IMG/VR virus record: IMGVR_UViG_2703718835_000001 | Coordinates: 1-19,694 of that record | Length of the DNA stretch: 19,694 nucleotides | Strand: one strand, 5' to 3' | Source: a virus | Lineage: Duplodnaviria > Heunggongvirae > Uroviricota > Caudoviricetes | Shown: in pieces, positions 8,378 to 16,401 of the stretch | Position numbering within the stretch: position 1 is the stretch's first letter | Layout: each line of letters starts with the position of its first letter | Translations under genes and position numbers: made by a program | The notes under the pieces: model-generated | Seen by the model: only the letters and a program-made list of their open reading frames with translations | Told to the model about the DNA's origin: nothing | Database searches by the model: none

Positions 8378-8395
8378 TGTGTGGTTGTCGGTACA
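8378..8395. promoter_or_regulatory. Late-promoter activator (Ogr/Delta-type) binding dyad TGT-N12-ACA in the P/O divergent region
   Basis: TGTGTGGTTGTCGGTACA in the 142-bp P-O intergenic region. The geometry (centre about 88 bp upstream of the O ATG) fits an activator site near -55 for the O promoter. Confidence 0.45.
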
Positions 8396-8473
8396 AATAC
8401 CGCGCATTGTTTCACTGCCCCCATCACCGCAACCATAAGGCTCCAGTAAGTTTTTTCTAACGGAGCACGGCTC

Positions 8474-9307
8474 ATGACAGTGAAAGCAAAGCGTTTTCGC
8501 ATCGGGGTGGAAGGTGCCACTACCGACGGACGCGAAATCCAGCGTGAATGGCTGGAACAGATGGCAGCCAGCTACAATCCGGCGGTGTACACCGCGCTGA
8601 TTAACCTTGAGCACATCAAGTCTTATCTGCCGGACAGCACCTTTAACCGCTACGGCAAGGTGACGGCGCTGTTTGCTGAAGAAATCACGGAAGGTCCGCT
8701 GGCAGGCAAGATGGCACTGTATGCCGACGTTGAGCCAACGGAGTCCCTGGTGGAACTGGTGAAAAAAGGCCAGAAATTATTCACCTCTATGGAAGTCAGC
8801 CCGAAGTTTGCTGATACGGGCAAAGCCTACCTGGTCGGCCTGGCTGCCACTGATGATCCCGCCAGTCTGGGTACGGAAATGCTGACATTCAGCGCCAGTG
8901 CAGCCCATAACCCGCTGGCAAACCGCAAGCAGAATCCCGCCAATCTTTTTACCGCTGCAGAGGAAACGGTGATCGAACTGGAAGAAATCCAGGAGGACAA
9001 GCCGTCCCTGTTTGCCCGCGTCACGGCGCTGTTCACCAAAAAAGAGCAGTCCGATGATGCCCGGTTCTCTGATGTGCATAAGGCCGTGGAACTGGTCGCC
9101 ACGGAGCAGCAAAACCTGAGCACGCGCACCGAAAAATCCCTGTCTGAGCAGGAAGAACGCCTGTCTGAGATGGAGACTGCCCTGCAGGCACAACAAGCCG
9201 CCTTTAACGAACTGGTGGATAAGCTGAGTCATGAAGACAGCCGCCAGGACTACCGCCAGCGTGCAACAGGCGGTAACGCCCCCGCTGACACTCTGACCAA
9301 TTGCTGA
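8474..9307 (+). CDS. O: Capsid scaffolding protein, P2 gpO family
   Basis: 277-aa ORF (P2 gpO is about 284 aa) in the position between P and N. The acidic C-terminal half is typical of scaffold proteins. Confidence 0.85.
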   Translation: MTVKAKRFRIGVEGATTDGREIQREWLEQMAASYNPAVYTALINLEHIKSYLPDSTFNRYGKVTALFAEEITEGPLAGKMALYADVEPTESLVELVKKGQKLFTSMEVSPKFADTGKAYLVGLAATDDPASLGTEMLTFSASAAHNPLANRKQNPANLFTAAEETVIELEEIQEDKPSLFARVTALFTKKEQSDDARFSDVHKAVELVATEQQNLSTRTEKSLSEQEERLSEMETALQAQQAAFNELVDKLSHEDSRQDYRQRATGGNAPADTLTNC

Positions 9308-9323
9308 TGGAGCACAAAACCCG

Positions 9324-10382
9324 ATGAAGAAGAATACCCGCTTTGCTTTTAACGCTTACCTGCAGCAGCTGGCGCGTCTGAACGGTGTGGCAGTTGAAGA
9401 ACTGTCCAGCAAGTTCACCGTCGAACCGTCCGTGCAGCAGACGCTGGAAGACCAGATCCAGCAGTCCGCCGCTTTCCTGACACTGATTAACGTCACGCCA
9501 GTGACTGAGCAGTCCGGTCAGTTGCTGGGGCTGGGTGTTGGCAGCACCATTGCCGGAACCACTGATACCACCGCGAAAGAGCGTGAACCTGTCGATCCGA
9601 CGCTGATGGTCGATGTGGAATATAAATGCGAGCAGACCAACTTTGACACGGTGCTGACCTACGCGAAGCTGGACCTGTGGGCGAAGTTTCAGGATTTCCA
9701 GGTGCGTATCCGTGACGCCATCGTGAAACGTCAGGCACTGGACCGCATCATGATCGGCTTTAACGGCGTGAAGCGCGCGAAAACCTCTAACCGTAGCGAA
9801 AACCCGCTGCTGCAGGATGTGAACAAAGGCTGGTTGCAGAAAATCCGTGAGGATGCACCGGATCACGTCATGGGCAGCACCACCACGGGCGGTGAAACCA
9901 CACCGGGTACGGTGAAAGTCGGGAAAGGTGGCGAATATGCCAACCTGGACGCCGTGGTGATGGATGCCGTCAATGAGCTTATCGACGTGGTCTACCAGGA
10001 CGATGACGATCTGGTGGTGATTTGCGGGCGTGAACTGCTGTCTGACAAGTATTTCCCGCTGGTCAACAAAGAGCAGGAGAACAGTGAAAAACTGGCTGCC
10101 GATATGATCATCAGTCAGAAACGCATGGGGGGCTTGCAGGCCGTGCGTGCGCCATTCTTCCCGCCGAATGCGCTGCTGATCACCCGTCTGGATAACCTGT
10201 CCATCTACTGGCAGGAAGACACCCGCCGCCGTTCAGTTATCGACAACCCGAAACGTGACCGGATTGAAAATTTTGAATCCGTTAACGAAGCCTATGTGGT
10301 TGAAGACTACCGCTGCGCTGCACTGGTGGAAAACATCCAGATTGGCGATTTCAGCGCCGCCGCAGCAGAAACCGGAGCGTAA
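9324..10382 (+). CDS. N: Major capsid protein, P2 gpN family
   Basis: 352-aa ORF. Long collinear similarity to remembered P2 gpN, e.g. 'TRFAFNAYL', 'KFTVEPSV', 'LDLWAKFQDFQVRIRDAIVKRQ', 'VGKGGEYANLDA', 'ISQKRMG'. Confidence 0.92.
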   Translation: MKKNTRFAFNAYLQQLARLNGVAVEELSSKFTVEPSVQQTLEDQIQQSAAFLTLINVTPVTEQSGQLLGLGVGSTIAGTTDTTAKEREPVDPTLMVDVEYKCEQTNFDTVLTYAKLDLWAKFQDFQVRIRDAIVKRQALDRIMIGFNGVKRAKTSNRSENPLLQDVNKGWLQKIREDAPDHVMGSTTTGGETTPGTVKVGKGGEYANLDAVVMDAVNELIDVVYQDDDDLVVICGRELLSDKYFPLVNKEQENSEKLAADMIISQKRMGGLQAVRAPFFPPNALLITRLDNLSIYWQEDTRRRSVIDNPKRDRIENFESVNEAYVVEDYRCAALVENIQIGDFSAAAAETGA

Positions 10383-10385
10383 TCC

Positions 10386-11036
10386 ATGAGCCTGAGTCCC
10401 GCACGGCAGCATCGCCTGCGCGTTCAGGCTGAACAGGCCGCCCGCGAGGGCGGCAGCGTTCGCCACGCGTCGGGCTATGACCTGATGCTGCTGCAACTGG
10501 CGGAAGACCGACGCCGTCTCAAGGGCGTTCAGTCCACGGTGAAAAAAGCGGAAATAAAGGTGGAGCTGCTGCCGAAATATGCCGCCTGGGCGGAGGGCGT
10601 CCTGGCTGCCGGAGGCGCTCAACAGGATGACGTGCTGATGTACGTGATGCTGTGGCGCATTGATGCCGGAGATTATGCCGGGGCGCTGGAGATTGGGCGT
10701 CATGCCCTGCGTCATGGCTGGGTGATGCCGCTGGGTAACCGCAACGTGCAGACCGTGCTGGCAGAGGAAATGGCAGATGCAGCCCAGAGCGCAATGCTTG
10801 CCGCCACCGGCTTTGATGCCGATCTGTTGCTGCAGACGCTGGAGCTGACAGACGGTCTGGATATGCCGGACCAGTCACGGGCGCGTCTGCATAAAGCGAT
10901 TGGCGCTGTCCTGAGTGAAAGCAATCCGGCTTCCGCCCTTAATCATATCAACCATGCGTTACAGCTCGATCCCCGCTGTGGCGTGAAAAAAGACAAACAG
11001 CAGCTGGAGCGCAGACTGCGCAATGACAGCCGCTGA
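10386..11036 (+). CDS. M: Terminase small (endonuclease) subunit, P2 gpM family
   Basis: 216-aa ORF directly after N. Motifs 'RVQAEQAAREGG..RHA', 'QDDVLMYVMLWRID.GDYAGALEIGR' and 'TLELT...DMPD' match remembered P2 gpM. Confidence 0.85.
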   Translation: MSLSPARQHRLRVQAEQAAREGGSVRHASGYDLMLLQLAEDRRRLKGVQSTVKKAEIKVELLPKYAAWAEGVLAAGGAQQDDVLMYVMLWRIDAGDYAGALEIGRHALRHGWVMPLGNRNVQTVLAEEMADAAQSAMLAATGFDADLLLQTLELTDGLDMPDQSRARLHKAIGAVLSESNPASALNHINHALQLDPRCGVKKDKQQLERRLRNDSR

Positions 11037-11131
11037 CAGAACGTGCCCCCGCGCACGGGCGGCACGGGGTGGCGAAAGGCACTGCCACATCAAAACCCCG
11101 TCCACCGCCCTTTATTTCAGGAGAAAGCAGC

Positions 11132-11596
11132 ATGAAGTTTGTTGCGCCAGAACAGGCACCGGAACAGGCGGAAATCATCAGAAATACGCCGTTCTGGCCT
11201 GATGTGGACCTGTCGGAGTTTCGCAGTGTCATGCGCACTGACGGCACAGTGACGCAGCCGCGTTTAAAGCAGGTTGCGCTGTCGGCAATTTCGGAGGTCA
11301 ACGCAGAGCTGTATGAGTTTCGCAGACGTCAGCAGATGCTGGGATATGCCTCGCTGGCAGAGGTTCCGGCGGAACAGCTGGAGGGCAAAAGTGAGCGCAT
11401 TCATCACTATTTCAACGCGGTTTACTGCTGGGCACGCGCCATGCTCAACGAGCGTTATCAGGACTATGACGCCACGGCATCCGGTGTGAAGCGGGGCGAG
11501 GAACTGGCGGAAGCAAGCGGTGATTTGTGGCGTGACGCCCGCTGGGCCATCAGCCGGGTGCAGGATGCGCCGCACTGCACAGTGGAGCTTATCTGA
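11132..11596 (+). CDS. L: Head completion/stabilisation protein, P2 gpL family
   Basis: The ORF track begins at 11069, but the internal ATG at 11132 has an AGGAGA ribosome-binding site and gives 'MKFVAPE...', collinear with gpL ('ELYE.R', 'LWRD.RWA..R.Q'). Confidence 0.82.
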   Translation: MKFVAPEQAPEQAEIIRNTPFWPDVDLSEFRSVMRTDGTVTQPRLKQVALSAISEVNAELYEFRRRQQMLGYASLAEVPAEQLEGKSERIHHYFNAVYCWARAMLNERYQDYDATASGVKRGEELAEASGDLWRDARWAISRVQDAPHCTVELI

Positions 11597-11799
11597 TGAA
11601 AGTGCGTGCGCATCAGTATGACACGGTGGACGCGCTTTGCTGGCGTCATTACGGGCGCACGCAGGGTGTCACGGAGCAGGTACTGAAGGCAAATCCGGGG
11701 CTTGCCGAATTTGGCCCCTTTTTACCTCACGGGCTGCAGGTGGAGCTGCCGGACATTCCGACCACCACCACCGTGCAGACCGTCCAGCTATGGGACTGA
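11596..11799 (+). CDS. X: Tail protein X, P2 gpX family
   Basis: 67 aa. 'YGRTQGVTEQVLKANPGLAEFGPFLPHG..VELPD' closely matches remembered P2 gpX ('YGRTEGVVETVLAANPGLAELGAVLPHGTAVELPD'). Confidence 0.88.
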   Translation: MKVRAHQYDTVDALCWRHYGRTQGVTEQVLKANPGLAEFGPFLPHGLQVELPDIPTTTTVQTVQLWD

Positions 11800-11802
11800 A
11801 TT

Positions 11803-12018
11803 ATGACGCTTGAGCGAATCAGCGCCTTTATCACGTATTGCATCGCCGTTGTGCTGGCCTGGCTGGGCGATTTGTCCATCAAGGATGCCTCAACGCTGGG
11901 CGGCCTGATGATCGGTGTGCTGATGCTGGCTATCAACTGGTACTACAAACACAAAGCCTACCAGCTTCTGCGCGACGGGCAGATCTCGCGGGAGGACTAT
12001 GAATCCATCAATCGTTAA
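11803..12018 (+). CDS. Holin (two predicted transmembrane segments; possible pinholin)
   Basis: 71 aa with two hydrophobic stretches ('ISAFITYCIAVVLAWLG', 'LGGLMIGVLMLAINWYY') and a charged C-terminus. Immediately upstream of, and overlapping, the endolysin. Confidence 0.7.
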   Translation: MTLERISAFITYCIAVVLAWLGDLSIKDASTLGGLMIGVLMLAINWYYKHKAYQLLRDGQISREDYESINR

Positions 12019-12514
12019 ACGCTGCCTTGTCGGGGCCGTGCTGGCTATTGCTGCCACGCTGCCGGGGTTTCAGCAACTTCACACCTCCGTGGAGGGGCTG
12101 AAACTGATTGCCGATTACGAAGGCTGTCGTCTGCAGCCGTATCAGTGCAGCGCGGGTGTCTGGACCGACGGCATTGGTAATACGTCGGGCGTCATTCCCG
12201 GCAAAACTATTACGGAACGACAGGCAGCAGAAGGACTGATCTCCAACGTGCTACGTGTGGAGCGGGCGCTGGAAAGGTGTGTGAAGCAACAGCCGCCGCA
12301 GAAGGTGTATGACGCTACGGTGTCGTTTGCCTTCAACGTGGGGACGGGCAATGCCTGTAGTTCCACGCTGGTGAAATTGCTCAATCAGCGGCGCTGGGCG
12401 GATGCGTGCCGACAGTTGCCGCGCTGGGTTTATGTGAAAGGTGTTTTTAATCAGGGGCTGGATAACCGCCGTGCGCGGGAGATGGCCTGGTGCCTTAAAG
12501 GAGCTGGACTATGA
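11999..12514 (+). CDS. K: Endolysin, lysozyme family with N-terminal signal-anchor-release (SAR) domain
   Basis: 171 aa. N-terminal hydrophobic 'LVGAVLAIAATLPGF' followed by the lysozyme motif 'EGLKLIADYEGCRLQPYQCSAGVWTDGIGNT' (catalytic E-8aa-D-5aa-T type). Confidence 0.85.
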   Translation: MNPSIVKRCLVGAVLAIAATLPGFQQLHTSVEGLKLIADYEGCRLQPYQCSAGVWTDGIGNTSGVIPGKTITERQAAEGLISNVLRVERALERCVKQQPPQKVYDATVSFAFNVGTGNACSSTLVKLLNQRRWADACRQLPRWVYVKGVFNQGLDNRRAREMAWCLKGAGL

Positions 12515-12939
12515 CACGTGCGCTGGCGGTAGTGGCGGCGCTGGCACTCGTTGCGCTGGGCTGGCAGTCGTGGCGGCTTAACAGCGCCAGCCACACCATC
12601 GAAACGCAGCGCGCGGCGCTGAAAAGTAAAGCGCACGAACTAACGAAGAAAAATAGCCAGCTGATCAGTCTGTCCATTCTGGCTGAAACCAACAATCGGG
12701 AGCAGGCGCGGCTCTACGCCGAAGCAGAACAGACCAGTGCACTGCTGAGACAACGACAACGCCGGATTGAGGAACTGAAACGTGAGAACGAGGATTTACG
12801 CCGCTGGGCTGATACTCCTTTGCCTGCTGACATTATCCGGCTGCGGAAACGTCCGGCATTCACCGGAGGTGCAGCTTACCGTCAGTGGTTGTCCGCGAGT
12901 GACGCCGTGTCGGCTGGATCAGGCAACGCCGCGCACTAA
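12511..12939 (+). CDS. lysB: i-spanin (LysB/Rz-like)
   Basis: 142 aa. N-terminal transmembrane segment 'ALAVVAALALVALGW', then a coiled-coil-like charged region. Start overlaps the endolysin stop. Confidence 0.8.
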   Translation: MTRALAVVAALALVALGWQSWRLNSASHTIETQRAALKSKAHELTKKNSQLISLSILAETNNREQARLYAEAEQTSALLRQRQRRIEELKRENEDLRRWADTPLPADIIRLRKRPAFTGGAAYRQWLSASDAVSAGSGNAAH

Positions 12940-13072
12940 CGGTGATCTGAACGCGTTGCTGGATGAAACGGAGGCCGCCTGGGCGGTCTGTGCAGACAAA
13001 GTGGACATGATTATTGCGTGTCAGGAGCGAAACAGTGAACAAACCACAATCCCTGCGCCACGCCCTCAATAA
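12782..13072 (+). CDS. lysC: o-spanin lipoprotein (LysC/Rz1-like), overlapping the lysB 3' end in another frame
   Basis: 96 aa. Lipoprotein signal with lipobox 'LTLSGC', Pro-rich mature region. Overlapping out-of-frame with lysB, as in P2. Confidence 0.7.
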   Translation: MRTRIYAAGLILLCLLTLSGCGNVRHSPEVQLTVSGCPRVTPCRLDQATPRTNGDLNALLDETEAAWAVCADKVDMIIACQERNSEQTTIPAPRPQ

Positions 13073-13466
13073 AGCGGTGCCTTATGTCCGCAATACCCCG
13101 GACAAACTGCATCTGTTTGTGGATAACGGTTCGCTGGTTGCTACGGGGGCCAGCTCCATGTCATGGGAGTACCGTTACACCCTGAACGTGGTGATTGAGG
13201 ATTTCAGTGGCGACCAGAATCTGCTGATGGCCCCGGTTTTGCTGTGGCTGCGTGATAACCAGCCCGATGCCATCAATAACCCGGCGTTATGGGAAAAACT
13301 ATTCACCTTTGAGGTGGATATTCTGCGCAACGATGTCTGTGATATCAGCCTTAACCTGCAACTGACGGAACGTGTGCTGGTCAGCACTGACGGCACTGTG
13401 TCCAGCGTTGAAGCTGTAGCGGAACCCGATGAACCTGAAGAAATGTGGACGGTGAAACGTGGCTGA
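13035..13466 (+). CDS. R: Tail completion protein, P2 gpR family
   Basis: The ORF track begins at 13014. A GTG at 13035 with an AGGAG ribosome-binding site 7 nt upstream is preferred. 'PDKLHLFVDNGSL' is typical of gpR. Start is uncertain. Confidence 0.78.
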   Translation: MNKPQSLRHALNKAVPYVRNTPDKLHLFVDNGSLVATGASSMSWEYRYTLNVVIEDFSGDQNLLMAPVLLWLRDNQPDAINNPALWEKLFTFEVDILRNDVCDISLNLQLTERVLVSTDGTVSSVEAVAEPDEPEEMWTVKRG

Positions 13467-13905
13467 ACTGCAGAAGGTGGACGACTGGCTGAGTGCCTTG
13501 CTGGCGAATCTGGAGCCAGCCGCAAGAAGCCGCATGATGCGCCAGCTGGCGCAGGAACTGCGCCGGACACAGCAGCAGAATATCAGGATGCAGCGCAACC
13601 CTGACGGCAGCAGCTATGAACCGCGACGGGTAACAGCACGCAGTAAAAAAGGCCGTATCAAACGTCAGATGTTTGCAAAGCTGCGCACCACAAAATACCT
13701 GAAAACTGCCGCCAGCGCCGATTCTGCCAGCGTGCAGTTTGAAGGTAAGGTGCAGCGTATTGCCCGCGTTCACCATTACGGCCTGCGTGATCGCGTCAGT
13801 CGTAAAGGGCCGGAGATCCGTTACGCAGAGCGTCGCCTGCTGGGTGTAAATGATGATGTTGAGACAATGACCCGCGACATGATTCTGCAATGGCTGGCGG
13901 GGTGA
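13459..13905 (+). CDS. S: Tail completion protein, P2 gpS family
   Basis: 148 aa with a GTG start overlapping the R stop. Position and size match gpS. Confidence 0.8.
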   Translation: MAELQKVDDWLSALLANLEPAARSRMMRQLAQELRRTQQQNIRMQRNPDGSSYEPRRVTARSKKGRIKRQMFAKLRTTKYLKTAASADSASVQFEGKVQRIARVHHYGLRDRVSRKGPEIRYAERRLLGVNDDVETMTRDMILQWLAG

Positions 13906-13909
13906 TCTT

Positions 13910-13927
13910 TGTATCAGCACTGATACA
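13910..13927 (+). promoter_or_regulatory. Late-promoter activator dyad TGT-N12-ACA upstream of V
   Basis: TGTATCAGCACTGATACA, part of the near-perfect palindrome TTGTATCAG-CA-CTGATACAA (13909-13928), in the S-V intergenic region where P2 has its V late promoter. Confidence 0.5.
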
Positions 13928-13973
13928 AGTTGCAGCACTGCCGCCTTTCTTCTCCTGATGGCAACCTTTCTCT

Positions 13974-14552
13974 ATGAACGCACAATTAACCGAAATCATG
14001 CGCCTTATCACCAACCTGATCCGCACTGGGGTAGTCACCGAAGTGGACAGGGCAAACTGGCTGTGTCGGGTGAAAACTGGCGACCTCGAAACCAACTGGA
14101 TTAACTGGCTGACACTGCGCGCGGGCAAATCGCGCACCTGGTGGAAACCGTCTGTGGGCGAGCAGGTTGTGCTGTTCAGCCTGGGTGGCGATCTGGAAAC
14201 CGCGTTTGCCCTGCCTGCGGTCTACTCAAACCAGTTTCCACCACCTTCAGATTCTGAGGACGGCAACGTGGTTGAGTACCCGGACGGTGGCTGGTTTGAA
14301 TACGAACCCGCCACCGGGCGCTGGTATGTCAGGGGCATCAAATCAATGGTCATTGAAGCCGCTGACAACATCACCATGAAAACCAGTGAGTTTGTACTGG
14401 AGGCTGACCGCACGCGCATTAACAGCGAAGTGGTGATCAATGGTGGCGTTACCCAGGGCGGCGGAGCGATGAGTTCTAACGGGATCGTGGTTGATGCGCA
14501 TCAGCATACTGGCGTCCTGAAAGGCGGCGACACAACCGGAGGCCCGGTATGA
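13974..14552 (+). CDS. V: Baseplate spike/hub protein, P2 gpV family
   Basis: 192 aa. 'IRTGVVTEVD', 'RAGKSRTWWKPSVGEQVVLFSLGGDLETAFALPAVYS' and 'SSNGIVVDAHQHTG' match remembered P2 gpV. Confidence 0.88.
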   Translation: MNAQLTEIMRLITNLIRTGVVTEVDRANWLCRVKTGDLETNWINWLTLRAGKSRTWWKPSVGEQVVLFSLGGDLETAFALPAVYSNQFPPPSDSEDGNVVEYPDGGWFEYEPATGRWYVRGIKSMVIEAADNITMKTSEFVLEADRTRINSEVVINGGVTQGGGAMSSNGIVVDAHQHTGVLKGGDTTGGPV

Positions 14553-14908
14553 CGCTTTATAGCGGGATGAACAATACCAGCGGTAAAGCCATTACTGATA
14601 TTGACCATCTGCGCCAGTCGGTGCGGGACATTCTGCTGACGCCGCAGGGTAGCCGCATTGCTCGTCGGGAATATGGTTCCCTGCTGTCGGCACTGATAGA
14701 TCAGCCACAAAATCCGGCGTTACGCCTGCAGGTTATGTCGGCTGTGTATGTGGCACTGAGTCGCTGGGAGCCACGGCTGACGCTGGATTCCATCACTATT
14801 AACAGCAATTTTGACGGTTCAATGGTGGTGGCGCTGAACGGGCGGCGTAATAACGGTGTGCCTGTTTCCCTTTCCGTATCAACAGGAGCAGAGAATGGCA
14901 GTGATTGA
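14549..14908 (+). CDS. W: Baseplate protein, P2 gpW (gp25-like) family
   Basis: 119 aa. ATGA overlap with the V stop. 'LRQSVRDILLTPQGSRIARREYGS' is typical of gp25/gpW. Confidence 0.85.
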   Translation: MTLYSGMNNTSGKAITDIDHLRQSVRDILLTPQGSRIARREYGSLLSALIDQPQNPALRLQVMSAVYVALSRWEPRLTLDSITINSNFDGSMVVALNGRRNNGVPVSLSVSTGAENGSD

Positions 14909-15803
14909 CCTTTCGCAGTTGCCTGCGCCGCAGATTGTGGATGTGCCGGACTTTGAGACGTTGCTTGCCGAACGCAAGGCAGAATTTGTGGCGCTTCATC
15001 CGAAAGATGAGCAGGAAGCAGTGAGCCGCACACTGGAACTGGAATCTGAACCCGTCACCAAATTGCTGCAGGAGAACGCTTATCGTGAGTTGCTTCTGCG
15101 CCAGCGCATTAACGAAGCCGCGCAGGCGGTGATGGCGGCTTATGCCATAGGGAGCGATCTGGACCAGCTCGCTGCCAATTACAACGTGAAACGCCTGACG
15201 GTGACGCCTGCTGATAATGACGCTGTGCCGCCCGTCGCGGCTGTGATGGAAAGTGATGAAGCGTTACGCCTGCGTGTGCCTGCGGCTTTTGAAGGGCTTT
15301 CGGTTGCGGGGCCAACTGCCGCTTATGAATTTCATGCCCGAAGCGCCGACGGTCGGGTGGCGGATGCCAGTGCAACCAGTCCGGCACCTGCAGAGGTGGT
15401 GCTGACTGTCCTGAGCCGCGAAGGCGATGGAACAGCAGAAAAAGACCTGCTGGACGTGGTGGAAAAAGCTCTGAACAGTGAGAACGTCCGCCCAGTGGCT
15501 GACCGTCTTACGGTTCGCAGCGCAGAAATCATCCCGTACCGGGTGGAAGCCACTATTTTTCTCTATCCGGGACCGGAAGCAGAGCCGGTAATGGCAGCGG
15601 CAAAAGCCAGCCTGCAGAAGTACATCGCCAGTCAGACGCGTCTTGGTCGGGATATTCGCCGTAGCGCCATCTTTGCCGCCCTGCATGTTGAGGGTGTGCA
15701 GCGTGTGGAGCTGGCTTCTCCTCTGGCGGATATGGTCCTGAACAAAACACAGGCGGCATCATGTACGCAGTGGAGCGTAACCAACGGAGGAACGGATGAA
15801 TAG
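14895..15803 (+). CDS. J: Baseplate wedge protein, P2 gpJ family
   Basis: The ORF track begins at 14856. The ATG at 14895 with an AGGAG ribosome-binding site gives 302 aa, the size of P2 gpJ. Confidence 0.85.
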   Translation: MAVIDLSQLPAPQIVDVPDFETLLAERKAEFVALHPKDEQEAVSRTLELESEPVTKLLQENAYRELLLRQRINEAAQAVMAAYAIGSDLDQLAANYNVKRLTVTPADNDAVPPVAAVMESDEALRLRVPAAFEGLSVAGPTAAYEFHARSADGRVADASATSPAPAEVVLTVLSREGDGTAEKDLLDVVEKALNSENVRPVADRLTVRSAEIIPYRVEATIFLYPGPEAEPVMAAAKASLQKYIASQTRLGRDIRRSAIFAALHVEGVQRVELASPLADMVLNKTQAASCTQWSVTNGGTDE

Positions 15804-16401
15804 TCTGCTGCCACCGGGTTCAACACCACTGGAGCGCCGATTGGCGCAAACCTGCAGCGGGATTTCTGATCTGCAGGTGCCGCTTCGTGACTTGTGGAAT
15901 CCGGTAACCTGTCCGGTCAGTTTCCTGCCTTATCTCGCCTGGGCGTTCTCTGTGGATCGCTGGGACGAGGGCTGGACAGAAAGCGTCAAGCGCCAGGTGG
16001 TGAAGGATGCTTTTTATATTCATCAGCATAAAGGGACCACCAGTGCCGTGCGGCGGGTGGTGGAGCCGTTCGGCTTTTTGATCCGCATTATTGAGTGGTG
16101 GCAGACCGGAGAGGCACCGGGCACGTTTCGCCTGGATATCGGCGTGCAGGACCAGGGCATCACTGAAGATACCTATCTGGAACTTGAGCGACTGATAAGC
16201 GATGCCAAACCATGTAGCCGCCACATGATCGGCATGTCCATCAATCTGCAGACCAGCGGCCCGCATTGGGTGGGAGCCGCCAGCTATCTTGGCGAAGAAA
16301 TCACGATCTATCCGTATATCAACGAAACAATTATTTCTGGCGGCACCGCGCATGAAGGCGGGGCGGTCCATGTTATTGACACAATGAGAGTGAATCCATG
16401 A
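15796..16401 (+). CDS. I: Baseplate protein, P2 gpI family
   Basis: 201 aa. Overlaps the J stop. Conserved position between J and the tail fibre gene. Confidence 0.82.
   Translation: MNSLLPPGSTPLERRLAQTCSGISDLQVPLRDLWNPVTCPVSFLPYLAWAFSVDRWDEGWTESVKRQVVKDAFYIHQHKGTTSAVRRVVEPFGFLIRIIEWWQTGEAPGTFRLDIGVQDQGITEDTYLELERLISDAKPCSRHMIGMSINLQTSGPHWVGAASYLGEEITIYPYINETIISGGTAHEGGAVHVIDTMRVNP

Noticed and set aside
9204-9866. 220-aa minus-strand ORF antisense to capsid gene N (and 8777..9232 antisense to O)
   Set aside because: Antisense to strongly supported structural genes. No independent signal.
11037-11131. GC-rich M-L intergenic region as a terminator or structured RNA
   Set aside because: It contains short direct repeats (CACGGG x2) and imperfect stems but no clean hairpin followed by a T-run.
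13381-13938. 185-aa minus-strand ORF antisense to S, and 15820..16407 / 16308..16928 / 16929..17512 antisense to I and H
   Set aside because: All overlap conserved tail genes on the opposite strand. GC-rich frames give long spurious ORFs.
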